In this document: piece by piece, positions 11,301 to 22,500 of the stretch
Numbering within the stretch: the first letter of the stretch is position 1
Layout of the letters: each line of letters begins with the position of its first letter
Notes under the pieces: generated by a model
Seen by the model: the letters and a program-made list of their open reading frames with translations, nothing else
Databases searched by the model: none
What the model was told of the DNA's origin: nothing
Source of the DNA: Candidatus Kapaibacteriales bacterium
GTDB lineage: Bacteria; Bacteroidota; Ignavibacteria; Kapaibacteriales; UBA2268
NCBI GenBank assembly: GCA_965661945.1
Contig: CBFIFP010000001.1
Span: 853,592-917,591 of the forward strand
Reading direction: 5' to 3'
Length of the DNA: 64,000 nt
Program-made: the position numbers and the translations under genes

Positions 11301-14300
11301 GTTGCATAAACATGACCTGTTGATGTTTCTGGACCATTGTTTACTACTGTATTTCCAGCACCTTCATTTAATTTTCCTAAACCTTCTTTGTTACCAGCAG
11401 CAGTTAAGTTTACAGTAAAGATGTTGTTACCATTTAGGTCAACATCACCGTTTGTGAAGTTCATTGTAGCATCTAAGTCTAATTGACCTATCATTATATC
11501 ACCACCAGAACCAACTAATCTTAAACCATCTGCATTGTTAAGAGTTACATTGTGTAAGAATGCTCTACCAGATGTTCCTAATGTTCCAGTACTGTTAAGA
11601 GTAATATCTTGTTGACCAGAACCATTAAATGTTAATCTAACATCATTTGCATGACAATCTAACAATGCATCATTCTCAACAGTTAAAGGACCATTAACAG
11701 TAAAGTTAGAATTTGCAGTTGGAGTTAATGTAGTTGAAGCACCAGTTAAAGTTAAACCATAAAAGCGTGCATTTGAGTTAACAGTTGTTGCATTATCTAA
11801 TGCTTGAGCTGCACCACCATTAAACGATACAGTTCCAGCAGTTGCTTGGAATCTACCACCAGTTCCACCACCAATAGTGAAAGTACCAGAGATATTGTAA
11901 TCAGAACTTGTAGAAATATTATTTCCAGCAACATTTGCAATTTCTAAAGAACCAAAAGTTAGAGTTCCGTTGTTTTGAATTTGTTTAGCAGTTGTACCTG
12001 CAAAAACAACATCATCTGCAGCAGCATTTGTTCTAACGAAAGTACCATTAACAAGTAAGTCACCAGTTAAAGTAATATCATTTACTAAAGTAACATCACC
12101 GTCAACAGTAACTGCATTGAATTGTGTAGCACCAGCAGTTGTAGTACCAGTTAAAGTAGTTGTTCCATCAAATTCAATAATACTAGAACCAGTTGCAGCG
12201 AAAGTACCAGCATTTGTAAAGTTACCTTCAACTGCAAAACTTGAAGTAGTAGTTAACGTTCCAGATGAGTTATTAATTCCATTAAATACTAAAGTACCAT
12301 CATTAATAATAGCTTGTGTACCAGTAAAGTTAATAACACCTAATGAGTTCATATCAAACGAACCAGTATTAGTTACTTCTAAATCGCCTGCAATTTGAAC
12401 TACATCTGTACCAGCATTAGTTGCAAGATCATAAGAACCAGTGAAAGTAACATCAACTAAGATTATTTGATTTGTTCCACCAACAGTTATTGTTTCACCA
12501 GTACCAGTGAAAAATAAGTTTGATGTACCTGAACCAGTTAATACCGCTGCAGTAGTTAAACTTCCGTTGATTGAAAAATCAGCAGCGAAGCCAACAGCAG
12601 CAGTTATTGTAACATCACCCAGAGATAAATCATCAAAATCGCCACCATTAACAATTGTAGCAGCTGCATTATTAAAGTCTATAGTTCCAGTATGTTGGAA
12701 ATTACCACCATCTAATAAAGTAACAGCACCAGCACCACCTCTGATTTCTAAATCAGCATCAGAAGTAGCACCTGTAGCAGTTGCAGCTATGTGTAATAAA
12801 CCTACTGATAATAAGCCAGTTCCAGAGATATTCGAACTTGCACCAGAAAGAATAATTTGAGATGTAGCATTACTAGTACCGAAATCAGGTCCATTTTGAA
12901 CGATGTTTCCAGCAACTGTAATTATATCTGTACCATTTAAGATTATAGCACCTGCAGTGTTGTCAAATGTAATATTACGAACAGTTCTTGTACCAAATCC
13001 AACATCAGTTGATTGACCTTCGAATATAATATCTGAAGTTGCGTCAGTTGTTAAAGTACCATTTGTTTCAGCAGCATCATCAAGACCGTTAACGTTTGTT
13101 CCAGATAAATGTAAAGTTCCACCATCACCAAATGTTAGATCTACTGTACCAGCTCCACCCATGGCAGCAGCAGTAGCAGTTAACTCTAAACGACCATCTA
13201 CATCAAAATTAGTATTACTAGGCATTGCCACGGACACTTGTAATTCACAGTTGTCTTCCACTTCTATAGTTCCAGCAGCACCTGCTCCTAAAGTAGTTAC
13301 AGATATAGCAGAAATTTGTTTTGAGTCATTTGTAATTGCAGTTACATCTAAATCATCTGGATCACCAGTAAAAGTAACTGTTCCAGCTGGGTCAAAAGTA
13401 CCAGCACCAATAACATCTTTAATTATTGAATAATTTCCTGTATTTGCAGCTGAAATTGCTGGAAAAGCTAAATTAAAGAATGTCGCACTATTTCCAGAAA
13501 TTGCAAAGTTTCCTGTCCCTGCTTTAGTTACAGTTCCTGAAGATGCCGAAAATACACCAGAAATTGTTACAACACCATCATTATTCCCAAAAGTCATATC
13601 ATTATCAGTTGTAACACCAACAGCATTAGAAATAGTAACTATATCTAATGATAAAGCACCAGTAGCATTTAATTCAATTGTTTGTTCAGATGTACCATTG
13701 AAATCAACATTTGATAATGCTGCACCAGTAATAGTAATACCATCCTCAACATTAAAATCACCAGCTACATTCATATCAGTCATAGTTGCATCTATTGCAG
13801 TAGCAGCTTCAAATGTAACATCATGGAAGTTCACTGTTCCACCAGTACCATCTATTGAAGCAGCGGTACCACCATCAAAATAAATATGAGACTGATTAGT
13901 TACTGCGTCTAAAGTACCTGTTACATTTAATGCATCAGCAACTGCACCTGAAATATAAAAATCTCCTGAAGTTGTTAAAGTTCCAGCCACTAACAAAGAT
14001 GGAATTTTCAAGAAAGATGCACTGCTTGTTGAATTGATCAAATCTGAAGTACCACTAAAATACAACACATCAGAAGCAGTAGCTGTCATAGAACCTGCAC
14101 TAAGATTTAGATCACCTAACATTGTTAAAGTTGAACTACCATCAATGTAGTTCCCCGCAATTGCGGCTCCATTAACAGTCAAATCTGTTAATGTTGCTAA
14201 ATCTGTTCCAGAACCATCTACGTCATTTAAACCTAATACTAATGCACCAGAATTGTATTCCAAATTAATATTAGTATTATTAGTCATTGTTGTACTAGTT

Positions 14301-15967
14301 AAGTTTCCTGCAAGACCTGTAGCAGCAGATGTTTTTAGCGTAGCGCCAGCTGCAGTTGTAAATGTTCCAGTTGTTAAAGTATTCGCTTGGAAATCAACTG
14401 TGGCATTTGCTTGAACATTGAAAACCCTTGAACCGTCATTAACTGATGAGTTAAAAGTTAGTTCTCCAGATACCTCAATTTCCCCATTAGCTGGAATAGT
14501 TAAAGTACCGTCAATATCAATAATTGCATCTGCATCAAAAGTTAAAACATCATTACCAGTGTTTGTGCCTGCTGTTAATATATCACCTGTTGCAACTCCT
14601 AAGAAATTATTAATAATAATATTTCTATCAGCTTCAATAGTTACAGTATTAGTTGTACCGTCAATCAATAATCCGTAAAAATCTAAAACTTCACCATTTG
14701 TAGTGATTGCTTTAGTTCCAGTCATAGTAATTGTACCAGAAGTAGCTGTTACAGTAGTTACATTTGTATTAGCATTAATTACTAAATTTCCACTCATTGT
14801 GAAGCCATCTGTTATAGTTATAGCTAAAACAGCATTTGGATCTGCAGCAGGTCCAAAAGTTACATCATCAGCAGTAGTGATACTTGCTGCAGTAAATCCA
14901 GTTATACCACCTTCGATAACGTAGTTTGTTGCAGCGTTAAACGAATAAGTTGCTAAGTCAATAGCACCAGCAACACCATCACCGTCATTAACATTAATAG
15001 TTGAACCAGCACTAGTTGTAATCGAACCAGTTCCACTTATGCTGTTAGTAGCAGTAACTTTTAATAGACTTGAAGCTCCAACATTCAAGTCACCAGCAAA
15101 GTTTGCTAAGTCACCAACTAAAGTAGTATTTGCCTCAATATTTAATGAACTTCCAGAATTGAAAGTTAAAGTACCATTATTTGTTAATGTTTTATCTGTA
15201 CCATCTAAAGTAACAATAGCAGCACTATTAACAACAAAAGAAGAACCACTTGCTACTGTCAAATCACCATTGATTGTCATATCAGTATTAGTAGTATAAG
15301 AAGAGTTGTTATCAAAAGTAACTGTATTAAGTTCTAATGAACCATTATTTGTAATAGTTCCACCAGTACCTTTGAAATATATATGAGAGTGAGTTGCTGT
15401 AGCACTTGGAATTAGTGTTCCATTGATAGCAAGGTTTCCATATATTTCAAAATTACCATCACCAGCTGCAGCAGGAGTAGTAATAGCACTACTAATAGTA
15501 ACATTGTGGAATTGCAATTTTGTTGCATCAGCGTCAGCTCTAAGATTCTCAATAGTGTTAGTAGCACCAGCACCATCGAAAGTCCAAGATAGACGACCTG
15601 TTCCACCTGCATTAGTGTACAAGATTGAACCATTAGTTAATCTTGCAAAATCTCTAATACGCATTGTTCTTGCATTACTTGCATCTGGTCTTAGAACAAT
15701 ATCAGCGCCATTCACAATAAGTGAATTTACATCACCATTTGTATTGACATTTACTGTGTAAGCTCCGGCAACAGAAGAGTTGTCAAGAGTTACATCGTCA
15801 ACATCCGTTGGAACTGCATCGTTTGACCAGTTGAGAGCATCGTTCCAATTACTTGTACCTGCTCCACCATCCCAGGTAACTGCGGCAGAGTACACATTAA
15901 TGCTGGAAAAGCCCAGTAGCATTGCCATGAGCAAGCCAAGCATTATAAGTTTATTTTTAGATTTCAT
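8333..15967 (-). CDS. Giant secreted beta-helix adhesin-like protein (2544 aa) with an FN3-like region and a C-terminal PPC (pre-peptidase C-terminal) domain
   Basis: Signal peptide MLGLLMAMLLGFSSINVYSA. About 1500 aa of T/G/N/S-rich repeats (TLTGT..., NGTLTF...) typical of right-handed parallel beta-helix or autotransporter-like adhesins. FN3-like ...MPNTRYYVQVFDYNG. The C-terminus NWFRFNVNSQKRNIIIRISDLPANYDVELYDA...GTYVLKVSG...YKIRV matches a PPC domain. No T9SS CTD is recognisable. Confidence 0.75.
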   Translation of the reverse strand: MKSKNKLIMLGLLMAMLLGFSSINVYSAAVTWDGGAGTSNWNDALNWSNDAVPTDVDDVTLDNSSVAGAYTVNVNTNGDVNSLIVNGADIVLRPDASNARTMRIRDFARLTNGSILYTNAGGTGRLSWTFDGAGATNTIENLRADADATKLQFHNVTISSAITTPAAAGDGNFEIYGNLAINGTLIPSATATHSHIYFKGTGGTITNNGSLELNTVTFDNNSSYTTNTDMTINGDLTVASGSSFVVNSAAIVTLDGTDKTLTNNGTLTFNSGSSLNIEANTTLVGDLANFAGDLNVGASSLLKVTATNSISGTGSITTSAGSTINVNDGDGVAGAIDLATYSFNAATNYVIEGGITGFTAASITTADDVTFGPAADPNAVLAITITDGFTMSGNLVINANTNVTTVTATSGTITMTGTKAITTNGEVLDFYGLLIDGTTNTVTIEADRNIIINNFLGVATGDILTAGTNTGNDVLTFDADAIIDIDGTLTIPANGEIEVSGELTFNSSVNDGSRVFNVQANATVDFQANTLTTGTFTTAAGATLKTSAATGLAGNLTSTTMTNNTNINLEYNSGALVLGLNDVDGSGTDLATLTDLTVNGAAIAGNYIDGSSTLTMLGDLNLSAGSMTATASDVLYFSGTSDLINSTSSASFLKIPSLLVAGTLTTSGDFYISGAVADALNVTGTLDAVTNQSHIYFDGGTAASIDGTGGTVNFHDVTFEAATAIDATMTDMNVAGDFNVEDGITITGAALSNVDFNGTSEQTIELNATGALSLDIVTISNAVGVTTDNDMTFGNNDGVVTISGVFSASSGTVTKAGTGNFAISGNSATFFNLAFPAISAANTGNYSIIKDVIGAGTFDPAGTVTFTGDPDDLDVTAITNDSKQISAISVTTLGAGAAGTIEVEDNCELQVSVAMPSNTNFDVDGRLELTATAAAMGGAGTVDLTFGDGGTLHLSGTNVNGLDDAAETNGTLTTDATSDIIFEGQSTDVGFGTRTVRNITFDNTAGAIILNGTDIITVAGNIVQNGPDFGTSNATSQIILSGASSNISGTGLLSVGLLHIAATATGATSDADLEIRGGAGAVTLLDGGNFQHTGTIDFNNAAATIVNGGDFDDLSLGDVTITAAVGFAADFSINGSLTTAAVLTGSGTSNLFFTGTGETITVGGTNQIILVDVTFTGSYDLATNAGTDVVQIAGDLEVTNTGSFDMNSLGVINFTGTQAIINDGTLVFNGINNSSGTLTTTSSFAVEGNFTNAGTFAATGSSIIEFDGTTTLTGTTTAGATQFNAVTVDGDVTLVNDITLTGDLLVNGTFVRTNAAADDVVFAGTTAKQIQNNGTLTFGSLEIANVAGNNISTSSDYNISGTFTIGGGTGGRFQATAGTVSFNGGAAQALDNATTVNSNARFYGLTLTGASTTLTPTANSNFTVNGPLTVENDALLDCHANDVRLTFNGSGQQDITLNSTGTLGTSGRAFLHNVTLNNADGLRLVGSGGDIMIGQLDLDATMNFTNGDVDLNGNNIFTVNLTAAGNKEGLGKLNEGAGNTVVNNGPETSTGHVYATVTPVGNLSSNNLGGLGAFITATNPGATTVRRYHIPLTVGSEQQASRYYSITTANANLDGKLAFSYDQSELGILNEDNLILVFGDDPAVDIWTIQESTLDKSIKRLITPNEAIDQFSGQTEWWTIGTPDLLSATAITNGLASSPLSAGTQDNAIFGAQYTSNGQVDLSTVRFNLGRNLAVTNEVEKWKLVYSEDENYATSEDNNVLIDVAPGGANTTGGQSGDNYIQFDLTSVNDTYKRVNEGSPINLFLVIDVISSVTTNTATITTTTTNLLTTITDGVSEEFTLTGSNYSFRAAVMVSPNEIGLTNSPLVPGQDNVALFGFKATVTNATGSPGITGFKINFDQDPSEIFENVRVYQSNSEHDFRNMGVAELVTLTTNDITSTQFSVAFNKINIGTTPRFFFVVADVKNGVTNTTNDITPSLVYSNITSTELGIRGTDIDGNAADSHTGFLYSFVNSSVTVNVDNNTAASNLGTRVDRQPVFGFTLSPDNSQSTEFTGVNFTVTLSSANETANLSNWGLYYDSNENGYPENSEKVANGTLTSATGVGNLQFTGFTQNLTDARKYLVGVKVGSNATAGNKISVQLTSQDYVTLTSPAKLNAAGPLPATAVEHTIRTAGTATAFEIAHHNSSVVTGNTLGFTVRAVDADGYPTNVSANQSVSIAFVSGVGTVGANTATIANGTNNVILSPVITAAGGSTNLVVNATGGLTASANTSAIKVLEAEPAANDAVVTIANITATSARITNITANSGATDGRIVVIRQGAAPHAPTDGTPYTPNLNIADGLGVGVGQTGAGSYVVMANVAPGAAAFSNDITGLMPNTRYYVQVFDYNGTTPNFNYATGSVYTSLTSRNPISFTTSTGDITSGTSESAPANIQTDIDVNSTITTTGGVNWFRFNVNSQKRNIIIRISDLPANYDVELYDAITGLSTKTLLRDSKVLSTGDEVIILNQAPVGTYVLKVSGANEDAYSSSSYKIRVSTSANEIFSQVE

Positions 15968-16577
15968 AACTAAATCCTTTTAGAAATTATTAAAGACATT
16001 TAATTTACTTTTTTAAATATTAATTTTCTTTGCGAAAATTTTTTTTAACGGAGCAGTTTAACTTTTTAAACCGATGCTTATATTAAATGATATTATCCAC
16101 ATACCGGTGAACGAATATCGGGAAATCCCAACTCTTTCATTAATCCTCCATAATTTTATTCATATAAACACATCCTTTGTGTATTTTTTAATTTTCTTAA
16201 TTTTCAATTACTTAGTCATATTATAGATATACTTTACAAGTTTTTCTACTATTTCAATATAAATATCGACACAAAAACTAAAAACTTTAGTAAAATGGAA
16301 AAAAATTTCCATTTCAGTAAGTTATTAATCACTAATGTACTAAATTAGTCTAATAATAGCCATAAAACACTATATTTTTATGTTTTTATGTCTATTTAAC
16401 TAAATTCCAATTTAATTGCCAAATTTTTCTTTTTCAGTTTCATTTTTTAAATAATGAATAGTTAATGTTTACAATTTTTATGAATTTCTAATTATATTGA
16501 GGTGAGTTTTTTTTCACTCTTGTAACAATTATACTTGCTTGAATATTTTTGGAATATTAAACTCCTTTCAATCCAAT

Positions 16578-19500
16578 TTAATCTTTAATGAACTTTTCAA
16601 AAAATACGCCGTCGTCTGTTTCTAATACCAGAAAATAAATCCCGTTTGTCAAGTTATTATTCAAATAAAGAACATTGTTACCAAGTGTAAAATATGTTTT
16701 GATTTCAGTTGTTAATTGTCCTCTTATATCGTAAACTTTAGCATTTACTTTTATATTTCTTTTAGAGTTTATCTTTATACTATTATTTATCGACTCAAAA
16801 TTTACTAACTTAAATATTTTTTCTTGATTTTGAGTAAATTCAGTAGAACTGCTTAGGTCAATGGCAAAGGGTGAAGTCATATCATAAAGCATCTCTGGAT
16901 CATCACTCCAAATCGCTCTAATCATTGCATTATCTGTAATTATACTCGGTATATCCCAATTATAATATCTTGCTGTTGCATTCACATTTCTTGATATATC
17001 TAACCAATTCACTCCACCGTCAAGTGAAAATTGAAGAGTAAACCTGTCAACTCCTGCAGAAGTCCATCTAACTCTTTCATTGCTACCTGCATTCCATTCA
17101 GTTGAAGAGTTTGGCGTATTAATATTTAAAGAGCCATTCAAAACTCTAATTCTATCAGAAATATCAATAATCTCATTTCCACTTAATATTCTAAAATAAA
17201 ATACATTTGTATTAGTTCTAGGGAATGTCCAAGAAAATTTTTCACTATCAGCATCTACTCCTTTTTTCACAACCTTCCAACTATCTCCACCATCTTCTGT
17301 GTATTCTATATCAATTTTATCATAGCCAGTTGTAGAAAAATAAACCTGAACAAACTCTCCCCCTTTATAAATTCTATCATTCGAAGAAGGACTAACAATC
17401 TGCCCAAATCTTCTTTCAATTCTAAACGGTTCTGATCTTACAAGTTCTATACTTAAACTTGCATCTATTATTCGAACTCTTGCATTTTCAATCTCATTAT
17501 TTGGTAATCTCCATTCAAAGGATTCAGCTTCTTTCGAAAAAACAGAGTCAGTTATTTTCTGCCAAGTTGTTCCATTAAAATATTCAAGTTGAATTGGATT
17601 ACCTTCGTTTACCCATTTTAATTCTATTTGCTGACCTACACCAAAATTCTTAGTTCCATCAGGATTAAGCAACCTAACATCAAACTGCTTAATCGGCGAA
17701 ATAATTTCTTTAATTCCAAGCGGATTAACATTTTGCCTTTGATTATCATAAACTATCGAGCTATTATGCCAATTAAATTGAATGATAGCATCATCAGTTT
17801 TTATTTTGAATTGTAATTTACCAAGTGAGCTTGCTATATCTGGCACAAGAGAGCCATTTTTATCTTGTGCCAATACTATTTCAATAGTTCTCATATTTTT
17901 ATAAGGCAAAGTTGTATTTTCATTGGGAGCAGAAAAAGAATTTAAATAACCAGCTTCTTGGTTATTACTAAAAAGAATTCCTGAATTATCATAATTTAGA
18001 TAATCCAATTTAAGAGTATCAAAAGTAAAAGCAAATGATGCATTACCAAGATATAAATCAGCGCCGCTTGATTTAATAAAAAACTCCACCGTTGCAATAT
18101 CATTATTCACAGTTGTCTGCGAAGTAATTTCATAAGCAACATTATTTAATAATGAATTAATCTCTTTTGTTTTATTAAATTTATTTAGTCTATTTAATTT
18201 ATTTATTTGTTCTTCATTTTTATCATCAAAATCAATTGATGAAGTAAATGTATCAGAATTTCCATATACAAGATAATTATACTCACCCAAAGAACTCACT
18301 TTACCAATATTGCGTTGAGTAAGTATTCTATCAACGGCATTAACAATTGAATCAGCGTTTAAGTCATATTGAATATTACTTCCACCAGTATTAATAAGTA
18401 TATCTTGAATATCTGTAGAGTCTATTCTTCCATCTTGGTTTGCATCGCCAGCAACCATTGCTGGAAATGGACTTACAACTGCATCAATCAAACCATCGTT
18501 GAAATTCAAACCAGTTGAAACCCACAAAGCAGAATCTTTAATCGCCTCTCCATTACCAAAAGCAGTATATCTTTGTTGAGTCCAAGGGTTTTCTCCTTCA
18601 ACAAGAAAGTTATTATTGCTACCATTCCATGAAGTAAAATCCCAACCGGATTCTATTGCCCAAGTTGATTTATCCTCACCTTTATATTTGAAAGGAGCAG
18701 GAAATCGACTCATAATTGGAAGGTGGTTAATTTGTTCAACTAAAACCCAATAATTGCCATCATTCACATCAAGAAATAAAAAAGGAAGATTTGCAAAGTT
18801 TCTTTGCCCAGAATTTTGATGAAAAACATTTTGCTCTTCATAGCCCCTAACCGCCTCAGCACTCGCTAATTTTGTTCCAGGTTTTCCGTAATTATCTTCA
18901 AGCAAAGTAACTTTAATTCCGCCTTCTTCATATTTTGTTTTTATTTGTTCGATTGGCGAAGTTCTGCCACGATGTTTCCCTTCTAGTAACACACGTAAAG
19001 TGAAATTCTCTCCCGGTATTACAGTATAAAGCGGACTCTCGGAACGAACTTGAAAAGGAGTACTTTCAACAACATATCTACTTGTTAATCTGAATCTTAG
19101 ATTATCTGTAACAATTGGTAAAGCTCCTTGGTCGATAAATAAATTATCATTATTCAAGTCTGGGTTTGCAATTGAAATATTAACAGAAGCCGCAAAAATT
19201 ATATTATTTCCAAATTCTTTAAATCTATAATTATTTGAATCTGGTAATGAAAGCGAATTTCTTGTATTTCCTGTAAAATAATTTGAACCTACATATTGAT
19301 AAGGTACAGCGCTATTACCTGCCCCTCCTTTTTCCGAAAATTGAAGCGATGGAGGATTTCCAAATCTCTGCCCAGCGGTAAAGCCATTATTATCTAATCC
19401 AAACCCAACCCAACGGATTTTTAAATTTGTATTAGTTTGTTTTATAGTAGTAAATTCTTGTGGCTCTACAATTCTCATATATGGCTTGTTACCTGAATAA

Positions 19501-22500
19501 ACTGGATTAAACCCAACAAATTCAAACACCATTGAAGAATCTATCGAACCAGGAATTACCTTTGTCCTACCAAATTTATGGAACAAACCTCCATTAAAAG
19601 AAAAACTATTAATAACATTTAATGTGTCTAATCTTGTAAATCTATCTACCCTTGCGGTTAATGCACCTTGTATAAATTCTGTAACTTTACCATTATTATA
19701 ATTTCTTTTTGCAGGGAATCCCCTCCAAAATCTTAACTCCCTAAACTCTCCCTCAAATCCATTACTCCTCTTCCCACCCTGCATTATTGGAGTATATCCA
19801 AGATACATTCTTTTATTATTTAACGTGTCATAATTCAAATCATAAAAATCTTCTTCGCCGAAATCGTTTTCTAATTCAATACCATCTACCCATAATAAAT
19901 AAGGACTTTCCTGATTAAATGGATTAAAATAAAAAGCTATATGAACCCAAGCCGTGTCTGTTGTTGTTGAAATCGGCTCTGGAAGTCCTTTATTCGCATC
20001 AGATATTGCTCGCTTTAATTGATTATTGCTATTTCTGTAGGTGAACTCTAATAGCCCAAATTGATTCAATGACAAGTCATATTTAATATCATTTGTTAAA
20101 GAATCAAGCATTGAAAGAATTGGGAACACACTTTCACTTTCTGTAGGGAATCTATGTGGCTTTATCCAAGTTTCAATAAAAATTCCTTCCTTATTTGGCA
20201 GTAATTTACTTGTGCTATCTGAATAAATTTTATTACTTTTTGTCTTACGTAATGAAAATTCTCTTGAAACTATAAACTCATCAGTAGTGTTTGAAATAGT
20301 TCTTTGATTATGATTTTCGTGTCCTGTAATGCGAAGCATCACTCTCTTTTCGTATGGCTCTACATCTCTTAAACTTCCTCCAACATCATTACTTTGGTAT
20401 GGTTCCCAAGTTGCTCGGTTATCTTCCACATCAATCGCTCCATTACCACCAAGTTTTAAGCCCTGCTGGTTTTCCACCTGTACCCAAGTTGAGCCGCTAT
20501 TAGTTGAAAACTCTAAATACAAATCTCGTGAAAATCTTTGAGAATTATTCCCCAATCCAAAACTTATAAATCTAATGGGATAGTTCTGACCCTGCTCTAT
20601 AACTAAGCCAGTTCCTCTACTCGGAGATGTAATCCTTCCGTGTGGCAAATCTGGAACAAATTTTGGAATCTCGCTTATTTGTGTTCCTACAATATGTTGA
20701 AGATTATTTATTCCATTCTGAAATTGCGTATTTGTAGCATAATCTTTTAAATCATCACTAAGTTTATAATATAAATCTAAACCGGTTCTTGTATCCGGAA
20801 GCTGATTAATATCAATTGTAGCTGGATTTATAACTCCGGTAGAATACTTTCTAATTGAATCCTGACCAAAAGCCGTCCTCCATACTTTCACTTCTTTAAT
20901 TGCACCTGCGAAGTAATTTTTAGCATCTAACTTATTATTCGGATTAACTCCTACCCAAATTGGATGGTCTGTAATTAATAGTCTGTAATCGTTATTTTTA
21001 TTAATTATATCAGTTGCAACCAACTCGCCATCAACATATAAATATGCAATTGAGTTTTCCAATATTGCCGAAATATGTGTCCAATTTCTTGAAAATCCAT
21101 CTTCATTATCTGAAAATGCACTTGCTTTTATTGGGTCTTCTGCTACAAGATTTACAATATATCCGCCTGCACCCCTATTTTGATTTTCTCTTGCTCGGAA
21201 AGCAGGATATTTTCCATCCTTCAAATATAAAAGCCAAGCACCTTCTTTACTGCCAAATATTTCAGCTTGATTAGGCCCACCAGACGATGCAACAATTCCA
21301 ACTTCACCTGAATTTAATTTAGTTGGATTTACCCATGCTTCAATTGTTAGATGTGTCGGATTTGAAAATGTTTTTTCTGTTTTAAAATATTCATTTGCAC
21401 CATTCAAAAAACTTGTGAAATATACTCCCATTGCTTGAGTTTGTGCAGATTCTGAAACAAGATTAGTTTTTTCTCTATCTTCAATATTATCTTCTACACT
21501 ACCGCTAAGCATTGAAATTCTTAACTTTACATTGCTATTTCTTTCTCTAATATTTGTTGGTTTTGACCATAAAACTCTCATTGGGTTTCTGTAATTTGAT
21601 GTTCCAATAGCTTGCCCAGCAGATGAAGTTATAACTAAAGTTCCAACCCCTGTAGGTCTTGCAATATCACCAGAACGATAAAATACTGAACTACCTAACG
21701 CCCGATTATTGTGGTCGGCTACTCTTCCTATTTCTTTCCAACTTCCATCATTATATTCAAAACTATATGCAATATTACCGTTTAATATCCCAGGGTTTGC
21801 CTGCGGATTAACCGAACGCTCAAAATAAATTGGATAGCCAACTCCTTGATATGTATTTGCAAGTGATAAGTATGGCTTATCTCTATCAATTACTTGTCCT
21901 GTGAATTTTGGTGATAAAAGCGTTACACCGATAATCGTGAAGTTGCTTGGCTGTTTTAATGTTGCTTTGCTTGTGATATTAGTTGAGTTTACATCAAGAA
22001 CATTAGTTGCTGGGTTTGAAGTTAAAAATTTTATTCCTGTTTGAGTGTTAATTGCTGGGCTGTTTATAATATCAAATACAACTTTGCCAAGGAAAGAACC
22101 ACGTCCTGTTTGAAGTGGAATGAAACCCCCGCTCCCCATACTGATTAATCTTGCTCGGATGCCAATATTAGTTTGATTATTCAATGCCGATAAACTGGCA
22201 TATCCATTTGTGCTGTTGTAAACCGAATTAATTTGAATAAGTGGGTTTGCTTGGTCTATATTACTTGAGATTGAATCAGCAATACCATTCACGGTATTTG
22301 TGTTTGGTCTTAGAAAAGCAGAATTATACTCTAACCAAATTTGTGCATCACCAATAACCGGCGGATTTGGCTTTAGCGATTTAACCCAAATTTCTGCGTG
22401 TATTTGGTCATATTTGCGACGTTGGACAATATTGAACTCATAGTCTTGTCCTATAACATCAATAGCAAACATAAGCAAAAGCATTGCTATTACTACATTT

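Noticed and set aside
9096-15983. Numerous 60-120-aa plus-strand ORFs (e.g. 9096..9332, 12117..12398, 12507..12860, 13161..13433, 14418..14678, 15423..15761) inside the 2544-aa gene
   Set aside because: They are antisense shadow ORFs inside a long, well-supported minus-strand gene. Their proline/valine-rich low-complexity translations mirror the T/G-rich repeats of the real protein.
15968-16577. 610-bp AT-rich spacer between giant genes, examined for a small gene or RNA
   Set aside because: There is no ORF with RBS and no recognisable RNA motif. Only weak palindromes are present (AATGGAAAAAAATTTCCATT). It is most likely a promoter/leader for the 2544-aa gene.
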